44,284 nt of DNA from Deltaproteobacteria bacterium TL4 (GCA_051382335.1 JBBCAX010000060.1:1-44284); one strand, 5' to 3'; shown: positions 10,131 through 20,102, numbered from the stretch's first letter. Numbers and translations are program-made. Notes: generated by a model not told the origin, from the sequence alone.

Positions 10131-10883
10131 GGCATGTTTCAATTTCATGCTGAGATAGCTAACAGTGTTTTTAAATACACTTCGCCCCGTAACGCGACGT
10201 CGCTTTTTTTTCGTATCCAGATTTTTCATCGCGCTGAAACCTTGCAGCGTTCAATTTGCAAGAGAGTTGGCCTTCGCATCAGGAAGCGGTAACTCCTGCA
10301 GGGATTGTCTCAAGGCCTGCATCCAGGGAGTGGGTTTCTCACTCTGATGTAGGAGTTGCGAAGGAGAGCAGCCCTTTCTTTTTCCCCTTTTGAATACCTT
10401 GTGATTCAGAAAAAATCGGATCAGATTGAGTCGAGGTTGATTGATTTCACCTCGACAGGCCTTGAGAAAAGGTCGAATTCTGGAGTTAACATTTTCCACC
10501 ATAGAGGAAGCACGGACCAGTGAATCCAATTTTTCCCGAGCTTGTTTTTCCAGGAGCCTAAAGTTTGTTTCTCCCAAGTCTTCGCTTCAGGCGCTTTCCT
10601 CCAAAATTGAGCGTCACGCAACAACCGCTTTTGTCTATAGACGTTCATTTAAATAAATTCACAGTAGAAGGAGCGTCCCGCTCCTTGAATGAGGCGAGAC
10701 GCCTCTTCTACTGTGTCGTTAATTTTCTGAACATCTATAGTTCCTCCGGGTCTATGAGTTATTCAAAAGGAAAATAAGGTTTGAAAGTTTTATCTTCCTT
10801 CGAAGAACTGTCTTTGTCTACTATTTTATGAAGTTTGAGGAGAACAATTGCTGACAACTGTTAGGCGAGGTTTGAAACATGCC
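10131..10883 (-). mobile_element. Internally deleted IS with perfect 12-bp TIRs GGCATGTTTCAA and a transposase C-terminal remnant
   Basis: TIRs at 10131-10142 and 10872-10883. ORF 10251..10577 carries RASSMVENVNSRIRPFL...LNH..FKRGKRKGCSP, a transposase C-terminal motif. The 5' part has stops and frameshifts. Confidence 0.75.
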
Positions 10884-11010
10884 AAAGGAAGCCGCCTTGC
10901 AGCAGAAGGAAGCAGCCTTGCAGCGGGAAGCAGCAGACTTACAGCGGGAAGAAAAACTTCTAGAGTTACTTAAACAATCAGATATTACCCCTGAAGCACC
11001 GAAGAAATGA
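10879..11010 (+). pseudogene. Heptad-repeat C-terminal tail remnant (KEAALQQKEAALQREAADLQREEKLLELLKQSDITPE), resembling tails of Uma2/PD-(D/E)XK nucleases
   Basis: Short coiled-coil repeats ending in TGA at 11010, cut on the left by the IS TIR. The family link is inference. Confidence 0.4.
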
Positions 11011-11030
11011 GGCAATCCCTGGAAACTGAA

Positions 11031-11090
11031 GGCCTCTTGCCCTCACCGGAGGGCGGGACGCCCTCGCTCCCAGGACAAAACTTTTCTGGA
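11031..11090. repeat. Family-A MITE/REP-like element, partial copy 2
   Basis: CTTGCCCTCACCGGAGGGCGGGACGCCCTCGCTCCCAGGACAAAACTTTTCTGGA. Confidence 0.75.
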
Positions 11091-11097
11091 ATTTTTA

Positions 11098-11126
11098 TTG
11101 ACAGGACGCGAAGAGTTTTGTATTAG
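11098..11126 (+). promoter_or_regulatory. Candidate sigma70 promoter for the FGE-domain lipoprotein
   Basis: TTGACA, 17-bp spacer, TATTAG. Confidence 0.45.
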
Positions 11127-11808
11127 CTCATTCTCATGACCCATTTCAGATGAGTCCTTCTTGACCGGGGGAGCTTTTATGACACATCATTGCAGCCGCA
11201 GATATATCCATGAACCGGCGAGAACAAGCATGCCTTGTTCCAGCCATCCAGCCAGCCAGCCAGCTTCATGGTGGATTCTCATTAATCAAGTCTTTTTTCT
11301 TTCCAGGGTTTTTTCTTTCCCTCATTCCTCGATTGTTCCTGAATCACGGTGGCATTCCGCCGCCAGACGCCGCGTTACGCCATCGGTTTATCTCAATTTT
11401 TCTTGTCCGTATTTACTGGTATCCGCAAATACTCTCATTCATGGATCGCTGATGAATCGGGAATATTCGCGACAACCTACATCCCAAACCGAAACATGTT
11501 CCCGGAGTGCGGATTATCGCGTTTCAAACAACCAAATTAAGGAGAAAATTATGAACAATCTTCAATTAATGATCACTATCCTGATGGTTCTGATCTCACT
11601 GGCTGTTTTACCGGCTTGCAATGAGGGCGAAATATCCCAGGAAGGAAATACCACCGATCTGATTTCCAAGGGGGTTTTCACCAAGCAAAAAACCGTCGCC
11701 CCTGGCGCTCAATGTCTCAGCGGCGGCGTGGAAGTTTATTCAGGAATCGATGAAAATAACAATGGCACCCTCGACACCTCGGAAATTGATGTCACTGAGG
11801 TGATCTGC

Positions 11809-12489
11809 AACGGCGATAAATCCCTGGTCGATGTCATGAATGAACCTGCCGGGGCCAATTGCGCAGCTGGTCGATGTCATGAATGAACCTGCCGGGGCCA
11901 ATTGCGCAGCCGGAGGCAAAAAAATCAGCGTCGGTCTGGATAACGGCGATGGCAGCGGCACCGCCAGCAACGGCATTCTTGAAGGTGGCGAAGCCGACAA
12001 CGCATCTTACGTATGCGACGGCGCCACGGGAGTTGCCGGCACCACGGGAGTTGCCGGTGCCAACGGCGATAAATCCCTGGTCGATGTCACGAATGAACCT
12101 GCCGGCTCTAATTGCGCCGCTGGAGGCAAAAAAATCAGCGTCGGCCTGGATAATGGCGATGGCGGCGGCACTGTCGGCAACGGCATTCTTGAAGGTGGAG
12201 AAGCCGACAACACCTCTTACGTATGCGACGGAGCCACGGGAGTTGCCGGAGCGACCGGAGCCAACGGTGATAAATCCCTGGTCAGCATGGTGAATGAACC
12301 TGCTGGGTCCAATTGCGCAGCCGGAGGCAAAAAAATCAGCGTCGGCCTGGATAATGGCGATGGCGGCGGCACCGCCAGCAACGGCATTCTTGAAGGTGGC
12401 GAAGCCGACAACACCTCTTACGTATGCGACGGAGCCACGGGAGTTGCCGGAGCGACCGGAGCGACCGGAGCGACCGGAGCGACCGGACC
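11809..12489 (+). repeat. Intragenic ~201-210-bp tandem repeats plus 9-bp GGAGCGACC/GGAGTTGCC repeats
   Basis: Units start AACGG(C/T)GATAAATCCCTGGTC at 11809, 12062 and 12263. A diverged further unit follows. Confidence 0.9.
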
Positions 12490-13924
12490 GTCCTATAACC
12501 TGCTGACCAGTATTTTCTCGGAATCCTTGGGCAGCAATTGCTTAGGCGGCGGCAAGAAAATCCAGACAGGCTATGACAACGGCGACGGCGGCGGCACCGC
12601 CAACAACGGCACGCTGGAAAGCGGTGAGGCGGATACCACATCATACTTGTGCTGGAGCGACTTCGACATGGTCAAGCCTTCCTGGTCCAGCTACAACCCA
12701 ACGGATGGTTTCATAACGACATCCGCCATCAGCAGTATCGCGGTGACCTTCAGCGAGGCCATGGACACTTCCTCCATCACCACCAACACGGCGGATACGT
12801 CCTGTTCCGGCAGTTTTCAGGTTTCCTCAGACAACTTTGACACCTGCGCGCAAATGAGTGCCGCCCCTACCTCCAGCAACAGCAACCAAACCTTCACGGT
12901 CACACCGGCTTCCGCGCTGAGCGTTAACACCACCTACCGCATCAGGGTGACCCCCTCTGCCAAGGATTATACCGGAAATTTCCTGGACCAAACCTACACG
13001 CAATCGACCGGCTTTGTCTACGACACCATCGTCCCTACGGTTTCCAGTACCAGTCCCACCGACGCGGCTGTCTCCGTGAGTACCAATTCTAGGGTCTCGG
13101 TGACCTTCAGCGAGGACATGAAGACCACGACTGTGACCACCAACACGGCGGATACGTCCTGTTCCGGAAGTTTTCAGGTATCATCTGACGATTTCACGAC
13201 CTGTGTGCCTATGAGCGCGTCGCCTGTCGCCGGCAACAGCAATCGAACCTTCACGGTCACGCCGGCTTCAACACTCAGTTTGACAATCACCTATAAAATC
13301 CGGATCACCACCGGCGTCACCGACCCAGCAGGCAATACCTTGGCCTCCACTTACACCCAAACCACCGGTTTCACCACAGGGCAAACCCCTTGGGATATAT
13401 TATCCAGCATGGTCTTGATTAACGGCGGGACGTTTTCGATGGGTCAGGAAGGAGTGGCAACACCGGTGCATAGTGTGACGCTGAGTGCGTTTTACATTTC
13501 GGATCATGAAACCACGATCGGGGAATACCAGGCGTATGATTCCAGCGCGAGAAGTTATTATTGTTTTATGGATGACTGCCCGGTCGCGTATGATGTCTCC
13601 TGGTACGATGTACAAGACTACATCACATGGCTGAACGGACAGCAAGACCGTCTGACCTATCGGATGTGTACCGAAGCGGAATGGGAATATGCGGCACGAG
13701 CGGGAACCACGACGGATTGGTCTTGCGGCAGCGACAGTTCGTGTCTGGATAGTGTGGCGTGGTATGGCTTCAATTCCGGGTCCGATGCCCATGTGGTGAA
13801 AGGCAAAACGGCCAATGCCTGGGGACTTTATGATATGCACGGTAATGTATACGAATGGGTTAATGATTGGTATGGCTCTTACAGCAGCGATGCCCAGACG
13901 AATCCTACTGGTGCTGCTTCAGGC

Positions 13925-14053
13925 TCCAACCGTGTGTATCGTGGCGGCGGCTTCAACGACTTCGGCGACTACTTGCGGTCAGCCAATCGCAACTCCGGTT
14001 CGCCGAGCGGTAGCAGCAGCACTCTCGGTTTCCGCCTGTGTTCCAGTTTGTGA
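13925..14053 (+). other. Putative DGR variable repeat (VR1, FGE class)
   Basis: NRVYRGGGFNDFGDYLRSANRNSGSPSGSSSTLGFRL. The non-scaffold codons end in C/T, as expected for AAY-derived positions. Confidence 0.65.
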
Positions 14054-14167
14054 CCCTTGGCGCTTTTACCCTTTTACTCTTGGAAAAACAGGGGTTTGAA
14101 AGGGTTTTGATGAGCAGAACAGGTCAATAAAAGGTCTGACGTAGTTCAGACCTAATTAGACCTAATT

Positions 14168-15169
14168 ACTGACGGTTCGCTCATTTTTTGATGAAGTTGG
14201 GTAAACCAGCTATCCCCCCGAATAAAGAGCTTCGGACAAGCCCAGGAACTTGAGAATTCGGCTTTGTGTGGGAGTTAAGGAAATCACTCCCGAAACCCCT
14301 TGGATACGCTCAATGGGGCAAAAAGCCCGTAACAGGAGTTCTGCGGAAGGTCTCCTGGTTTTACGGGAGGGATTGCCTGGATAAATCCCCCCTAAAGGTT
14401 CCTCGGATTCCAGAAGTTCTTGCCGAACTTGGAACTCCAGAAGCGTGAGGACGCGTAAGGCCATGGAGAGCAGATGGACCAACCCCTCCAGATGATCCTC
14501 CTTTTGCAGATAGGAGGGACGGATGTTCAGAACTCCCTTGAGTCTGCGGAAATTATGTTCCTGCAGATATTCCTTGCGATAGGTATCAATTACCTGATCC
14601 AGCGGGAGAACTTCGGAACTCAGAGCAGTAGCATGCACTTGCCAGCCCAGATTCTGAAGCCGTTGTTCAATGGCCTCCAGGCAAGGAGATACCTAGAGTT
14701 GAAAATCCCAGGAACGTTTGGCAGAGGTCGGTTCCACCGTGAGCACTTTGACTTCCAGTAACCCGATGAGGTCGGTATCCTGAAGTTGAGTTTGAATCAA
14801 CGTCTGTAAGGCTGCCTGGGATTTAGGACGATTTCTGCCGCGTCCTCTTTCATTGAGTGATAGCAGGCGCTCCTGAACTTCCTTTAACAGTGCATGCAGT
14901 CTTTTTTCCGCAGCGTGGGCATAATGAAAGGAGCGAACCAGAATCAGACGTTCACTCCATTGAAGGGCCGTCCCTTCCCACTCGGTTTGCAGAGTGCGTT
15001 CCCACTCATAGCCTTGGGCGATAGGCACCCGTTTTCCCAAGGAGTTGACACGCTCCAGTGATTGAAGTTGGGACGGACTCGCCCGGAGCCAGTCGATTTG
15101 CGCCTGACGTTCGGCCTGACTAAACTGTTTGAGGGATAAGGGACACAGATAATCCTGTCCCAAAGCAAT
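14168..15169 (-). mobile_element. IS1634-like transposase 3' remnant, frameshifted
   Basis: DYLCPL, WSERLILVRS, EHNFRRLKG.L.IRP.YLQKEDHLEGLVHLLS, GIYPGNP.RKT.RPSAE.LL..F. Terminus AAATGAGCGAACCGTCAG on the minus strand. Confidence 0.75.
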
Positions 15170-15716
15170 AAACTGCCTCTGGCGGTCGATGAACGGACAC
15201 AGGAAATTCTGGTAAGTGTCGTTACCACCAATGACCTGAAGGATTCCCAGGTGCTGGAGGATCTGATCGATCCTATCCAGGAGAGCATTGATCAGGTCTC
15301 CGCTGATGGAGCGTATGATTCCTTGAAAATCCATGAATATTTGAAACAAAAGGGCCTTCATGCGGTGATTCCACCACAGAAGAATGCTGTCGTGCAGTTT
15401 CCCGACACGGAAGATTCGCCTCTGTTGCGGGATCATCATCTTCAGGAAATAGAGCAATTGGGGCGTGATGGATGGAAACTGGTCCATCATTACCACCGGC
15501 GATCTTTGGCAGAAACCGCCATGTTTCGCTACAAACAGATCTTCGATGACCGGTTGAAAAACAGAGATTTTGATCATCAGGCTACCGAAGCGTTCATTCG
15601 GTGTGCGGCGCTTAACAAAATGACTCAGTTGGGGATGCCACTCTCCTGCCAAGTTTTATGAAGTGGTAAAAAATGAGGGGGAGGTTTGACTTCTTCCGGA
15701 TTCGTGCAACAACGCC
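15170..15716 (+). mobile_element. IS5-family (IS903-like) transposase 3' remnant with right inverted repeat
   Basis: KLPLAVDERTQEI...DSQVL...ADGAYD...YHRRSLAETAMFRYKQIF...LNKMTQLGMP (stop 15661). End GATTCGTGCAACAACGCC. Confidence 0.85.
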
Positions 15717-15786
15717 GTTATAGTATATGAAATGAGAGGTAGTAAGCATTTTTATACGATGACGCACCTATTTAAAGGAGAGCATT

Positions 15787-16006
15787 ATGAGCAATCTGGA
15801 AATAAGCATAAAAATTGACATCAAACCAACGGACTCCGATGTTTCGTTGAGTAATTTACCGGAAGAAACAGCAGAAAGTTCTTTTCGGATAGTGATTGAT
15901 GGAGGTCATTCTACGAATATTGATCTTTTGGAGGAGGGCTTGCTTCAAACCAGTTTTCCTGCTTTTCGTGGTGCTTTGAGTCACCACTGGGAAAATGAAA
16001 CATGCC
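15787..16006 (+). pseudogene. Truncated ORF, probably from another IS, ending at a GGCATGTTTCA-type inverted repeat
   Basis: AAGGAG RBS; MSNLEISIKIDIKP...EEGLLQTSFPAFRGALSHH, then AAATGAAACATGCC at 15993-16006. Confidence 0.4.
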
Positions 16007-16065
16007 GGATATCGTTCCAGGCGATAAGACTGAAATCGAGATTAACGAAATGTCCGCGTTCTCCA

Positions 16066-17982
16066 TTACACCTCAATCTTGTTCCACTCTACGTTGACCA
16101 GGCGAGTGGGTTCCATGGTTTCCAGCAAAGGACAGTCTTTGCGATGAATCGTGATTCCTTGGCCTTGCGTAATAAAGCCTTGGATGACATCTCCAGGTTG
16201 AGGAGAACAGCATTTTGCCAGTCGGCTGAGCAGATGAGTGAGTCCTTGAACGGTAATAGGACTATTTTGATGTTTAGAGCCTGTTTTTCTAGGCCGGTTG
16301 GGATCAACAGGTTCGTGTTGAAGCTCTTCCTCTTTTGAAGGGACGATAAACCACCCCACAACCTCATTCACACGAACACCGCCTTCCCCTAAAGAGAAAA
16401 GGATGTGATCAAACGATTGATTTTTTTGTTGTTTGCTTTCTTGCTCCAGTTTCCCTTCTTTGACCATGCGATTCAAATTCAATTCATTGTGTTTAAATTC
16501 TTTCTCAAGTATTTCCCACCCTTTTCTGCGTAGTAGATTTCGAGTTTGTTCCCGGATGGCATACCGGATTTTTGCGCGAGCCTTGGACGATTGAATGAAC
16601 TTTAACCATTCTTTTCGGGGGTGTTGTTTGGGAGAGGTCATGACTTCAACATGGTCGCCACTTTTCAAGAGATCATCCAAACGGGCAATTTTGCCATTGA
16701 TTTTTGCTCCAACCATGTGATCCCCTATATTGGAGTGAATGGCATAGGCAAAATCCACAGGTGTCGCATTTTTCGGTAATTCGATGATATCGTCAGTGGG
16801 CGTAAAAACATAAATTTTATTGGAAAACAGCTCAATCTGAGGAAACTTGAAGTGTGTCTGGCCATCTTCCTTGGGCTGGGTTTCCAAATATTTGTGGTAT
16901 AACTGTTCTTCTCGTTGAGGCAAACGACCCTGCTCTTTATACAACCAGTGTGCGGCAACTCCAAATTCAGCGATTGTATGCATTTCATAGGTACGGATTT
17001 GAATTTCAATGAATTCGCCATCCGGGATTTGTACTGTTGTATGCAGCGATTGATAGCCATTCGTTTTCGGTTTGGAAATATAATCTTTAAACCGTCCGGC
17101 GATAGGTGGCCACTTTTCATGAATATAACTTAGGGCTTCATAGCAGTATTGAACATTGGGAGTTAAAATCCGAAAGGCAAACAAATCATGTATTTGTGAG
17201 AAATCATTATTGACCTTTTTCAGTTTTTGCAAAATAGAATAAAAGCGTTTATAGCGCCCATAGACTTCATGAGGAATAGAGGCTTTACCTAATAGTCGAT
17301 GAATTTCGTCAGTGGTGTCTTCAACCATTTTTGAACGTTCATTTCGTTTTTTGGCCACTTTGCTTTTCAGATCGTAATACACTTCAGGAATGGTATATCG
17401 AAGCGAAAAGTCTTCCAACTCCGCTTTAATCCAAAAAATTCCCAAACGATTTGCCAAGGGTGCGTAGATCAGGATGGTTTCTTCAGCAAATTGCTTTTGT
17501 TCTTCAGGAGACACGCCTTCTAATTGTTGCATTTGTTGCAAACGAATGGTTAGCAGCGCAGCTAATAGTTGGACATCTCCTGAAAGAGAGGCCATCATTT
17601 TACGCATGAGCTCCATTTGCGAATTACTTTGTCGTTTGGGTTTCAGTTTCGAAATAGTGACAAAGCGTTCATAGATGAGTTGAATATGTTTCGGAATTAG
17701 AGTACGAGCTTCATGAATTTCGAACAAGCAGCCTTCGGGATATAATTCAAAGAGAGTGGTTGCGAGAACATATTCACAATCGAGGTTGAGTTGCTCCAGC
17801 TTTCCTATCAACTGGACGCACTCTTCCACCAATTTTTCGGGTTCAGGAGGATGATGTCTGAGCAACAGCCATAACCAATCCACATTGGGAAGGAGTTTTT
17901 GCTTTCCGATGACGTGCTGCATTTTATTGAAACTCTCCTCGATTGAGGATGAAAGCCTTGGTGCTGATTGCATAAAAACCAA
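16066..17982 (-). CDS. relA: RelA/SpoT-family (p)ppGpp synthetase (degenerate HD, SYNTH, TGS, helical, Cys domain; no ACT domain)
   Basis: IYAPLANRLGI, GRYKRFYSI, KDYISKPKTNGYQSLHT, EIQIRT, AEFGVAAHWLYK, ATPVDFAYAIH, AKCCSPQPGD...IHRKDC. Confidence 0.85.
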   Translation of the reverse strand: MVFMQSAPRLSSSIEESFNKMQHVIGKQKLLPNVDWLWLLLRHHPPEPEKLVEECVQLIGKLEQLNLDCEYVLATTLFELYPEGCLFEIHEARTLIPKHIQLIYERFVTISKLKPKRQSNSQMELMRKMMASLSGDVQLLAALLTIRLQQMQQLEGVSPEEQKQFAEETILIYAPLANRLGIFWIKAELEDFSLRYTIPEVYYDLKSKVAKKRNERSKMVEDTTDEIHRLLGKASIPHEVYGRYKRFYSILQKLKKVNNDFSQIHDLFAFRILTPNVQYCYEALSYIHEKWPPIAGRFKDYISKPKTNGYQSLHTTVQIPDGEFIEIQIRTYEMHTIAEFGVAAHWLYKEQGRLPQREEQLYHKYLETQPKEDGQTHFKFPQIELFSNKIYVFTPTDDIIELPKNATPVDFAYAIHSNIGDHMVGAKINGKIARLDDLLKSGDHVEVMTSPKQHPRKEWLKFIQSSKARAKIRYAIREQTRNLLRRKGWEILEKEFKHNELNLNRMVKEGKLEQESKQQKNQSFDHILFSLGEGGVRVNEVVGWFIVPSKEEELQHEPVDPNRPRKTGSKHQNSPITVQGLTHLLSRLAKCCSPQPGDVIQGFITQGQGITIHRKDCPLLETMEPTRLVNVEWNKIEV

Positions 17983-17994
17983 ACCTTTTTCTCT

Positions 17995-18573
17995 CTATAT
18001 CAGGCCTTTTTCTTTGAAAAACGTATACACACGGATATCCAACAGGGTTCCCTCTTCTCTTTGTTGCTGGATAAACACAGGAATTTCTTGAGGTTTTCTT
18101 AAAAATACTTCAATATGCTCGCCTGGTTCGGTTTCCGCTTTGGGAGAGAGGTTGAAGGCTTCTCTGCCATCGACTTCCACAAAAACCAGGTAACAGGATT
18201 CTGACAATAGCCCGGGTGAAACAAACAACTTAGGACTTGTTTCCAGCACACGTCCGATATACCCTGTCTCTTCTCTTAATTCTCGAAGAGCTGCTTGTTC
18301 AGGAGTTTCACAAGCATCAATCAAGCCAGCGGGAAACTCAAGGATATAGTTCCCTAGAGGGGGACGAAATTGTTTGGTTAGAATATAGTGCCCGGTTGGA
18401 TTAAGATGAGCGACAATAATGGCGGCCTCTGTATGATTTTTGCGATGAACACATTCCCACTTTCGCAATTGTTGTTCTTCATCTTCGTAGGCGATTTCCA
18501 CCAGACTGATCCATTGACCCTGGTGTAACATGTTCTCTTGCAGTACTTTACTTTTTCGGTGTTCTGAATTCAT
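17995..18573 (-). CDS. Nudix hydrolase (ADP-ribose pyrophosphatase-like)
   Basis: QFRPP...EFPAGLIDACETPEQAALRELREETGY Nudix box; SPG motif. Confidence 0.9.
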   Translation of the reverse strand: MNSEHRKSKVLQENMLHQGQWISLVEIAYEDEEQQLRKWECVHRKNHTEAAIIVAHLNPTGHYILTKQFRPPLGNYILEFPAGLIDACETPEQAALRELREETGYIGRVLETSPKLFVSPGLLSESCYLVFVEVDGREAFNLSPKAETEPGEHIEVFLRKPQEIPVFIQQQREEGTLLDIRVYTFFKEKGLI

Positions 18574-18826
18574 GCACGTCCTTTAGTGTGTTGAGCACTT
18601 TTCGATCAATACGAATTAAAGGGGGGTTCTTCCCCTTTAATCTTATAAACTTGTTGAAAATTAACTTTTTGTTGGTGTCTGTGTAGAGAAATAAGCAACG
18701 AGAGCCTACGATTCCCTGATTAAATCAGAAATGAGGATTAGACTCTTCACATCACCGTTTAGGAATGTTATCTAAAAGAGAGATCGTTCTTTTTATTTAT
18801 CTCATCTAAAGCTAGTGTAGCATATT

Positions 18827-19495
18827 ATGAATTTACTACAACGTATACCTGCTCCCGTATTGATCGGCATTGCTTTTCTACTTGTTGTTCCTGCTCATGG
18901 TAATGCTCAAACAGGCCCCGCTTCTTCCCCTTATGATGGCACGTTTTTTTCTGCGAACGGTTTTACTAAGGTTATCAAGGACGGAAATTTTGAATACGTT
19001 AAGCTATTTATAAAAAGTGGGATCAATGTCAATCTGAAAACTGAAGATTCAATGACTCCGCTGATGTGGGCCGCAATCACGGGGTATTCGCATATTCTAA
19101 AATTATTGTTAATCAGTGGCGCAGAGTTGGAAAATCGAAACATTCAGGGCTACACCGCATTAATGTGGGCAACCCGTTATGGACATACCGGGATCGTGAC
19201 CACTTTGTTGGATGCCGGCGCGAATTTAAATATTAAAGAGTATCGGTTTGGATGGACGCCTCTCATGTTGGCCTCTCATTATGGCCATGTTTCGATGGTT
19301 CGACTGCTGCTCAAATACCGGGCCGATCCTCATGAGACCGATAAATACGATTGGAACGCGCTTGCGCTTGCTAAAAATAATGGACAGACAGAAATTGCAC
19401 GTTTATTAAAACAGGAAGGTTCTGAGGATTGGAAATGCAAAACCTCGATTCTTCCTGATAGCTTAAAGACCCTTTGTGGTGCTCCTTTGGATTGA
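18827..19495 (+). CDS. Exported ankyrin-repeat protein
   Basis: Signal peptide (GNA-Q); TPLMWAA, TALMWAT, TPLMLAS repeats. Confidence 0.9.
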   Translation: MNLLQRIPAPVLIGIAFLLVVPAHGNAQTGPASSPYDGTFFSANGFTKVIKDGNFEYVKLFIKSGINVNLKTEDSMTPLMWAAITGYSHILKLLLISGAELENRNIQGYTALMWATRYGHTGIVTTLLDAGANLNIKEYRFGWTPLMLASHYGHVSMVRLLLKYRADPHETDKYDWNALALAKNNGQTEIARLLKQEGSEDWKCKTSILPDSLKTLCGAPLD

Positions 19496-19562
19496 TAACG
19501 GGATATCGTCTTTCCATGAAACCCTTTACTTTTTTGAGGAATGCCGTAATCATTGAAGAAAG

Positions 19563-20033
19563 ATGTATCGAATACGTATCATCTGGGTTGGCAAAACTCA
19601 GGAAGCCTATTTACAGACGGGGATTGGACTCTATTTAAAAAAGCTGAGCCCCTATGTGCCGGTAGAAACTTTGGAAATCAAGCCTGTCAAATACCGTTCC
19701 CAGAGGCTTGAGCAATGCCGAAATCAAGAAACGGAGCAAATCTTAAAAAAACTTTCAAAAGATGAAACGCATGTTTTTTTGGATGAAACCGGTCAGCAAA
19801 AGTCTTCCGTAGGGTTAGCTCATTGGCTGGAACAGCAGAAACGACATCAAAACTCTCGTATTAATTTTTTGATTGGGGGGGCCTTTGGATGGGATCATTC
19901 CCAGTTTTCCAAACAATCGGAAATGCTCAGTCTCTCTCCAATGACGTTCAATCATCAAATGGTACGGATTATATTAATCGAACAACTGTACAGAGCGTTT
20001 ACCATCATGAACGGAGAGCCTTATCATCATTAA
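19563..20033 (+). CDS. rlmH: 23S rRNA pseudouridine-1915 N3-methyltransferase
   Basis: LDETG...S, FLIGGAFG, LSLSPMTFNHQMVRIILIEQLYRAFTI..GEPYHH. Confidence 0.95.
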   Translation: MYRIRIIWVGKTQEAYLQTGIGLYLKKLSPYVPVETLEIKPVKYRSQRLEQCRNQETEQILKKLSKDETHVFLDETGQQKSSVGLAHWLEQQKRHQNSRINFLIGGAFGWDHSQFSKQSEMLSLSPMTFNHQMVRIILIEQLYRAFTIMNGEPYHH

Positions 20034-20102
20034 GGAAATGAGACTGTCCCTTGTGACTCGTCAGCAACGAGATTTATTAATTAGCGACATCAATGTGTGT
20101 GT

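Larger units (their letters stand above)
11551..14053 (+). pseudogene. Modular surface lipoprotein: Cys/Gly/Asp-rich ~67-aa repeats, collagen-like GxT linkers, two Ig-like (Big_5-type) domains, C-terminal FGE-sulfatase/CLec domain; frameshifted by a 43-bp duplication
   Basis: AGGAG RBS; MNNLQ...LPAC lipobox. Removing one 43-bp copy gives a single 819-aa ORF. VTFSE.M Ig motifs; FSMG, HETT, VSWYD, TEAEWEYAARAG, NAWGLYDMHGNVYEW, RGG, GFRL. Confidence 0.85.

Noticed and set aside
11161..11550. Long N-terminal extension of the lipoprotein
   Set aside because: The RBS and signal peptide point to ATG 11551; the upstream translation is not protein-like.
14110..14130. Start of an avd gene after VR1 (ATGAGCAGAACAGGTCAATAA)
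   Set aside because: Only six codons before a stop; no supportable similarity.
14693..15652. 319-aa ORF as one gene
   Set aside because: Chimera of antisense IS5 sequence and a true IS1634 frame.
15787..16338. 183-aa ORF as a full gene
   Set aside because: The 3' half is antisense to relA; only the first ~70 codons look like a gene remnant.
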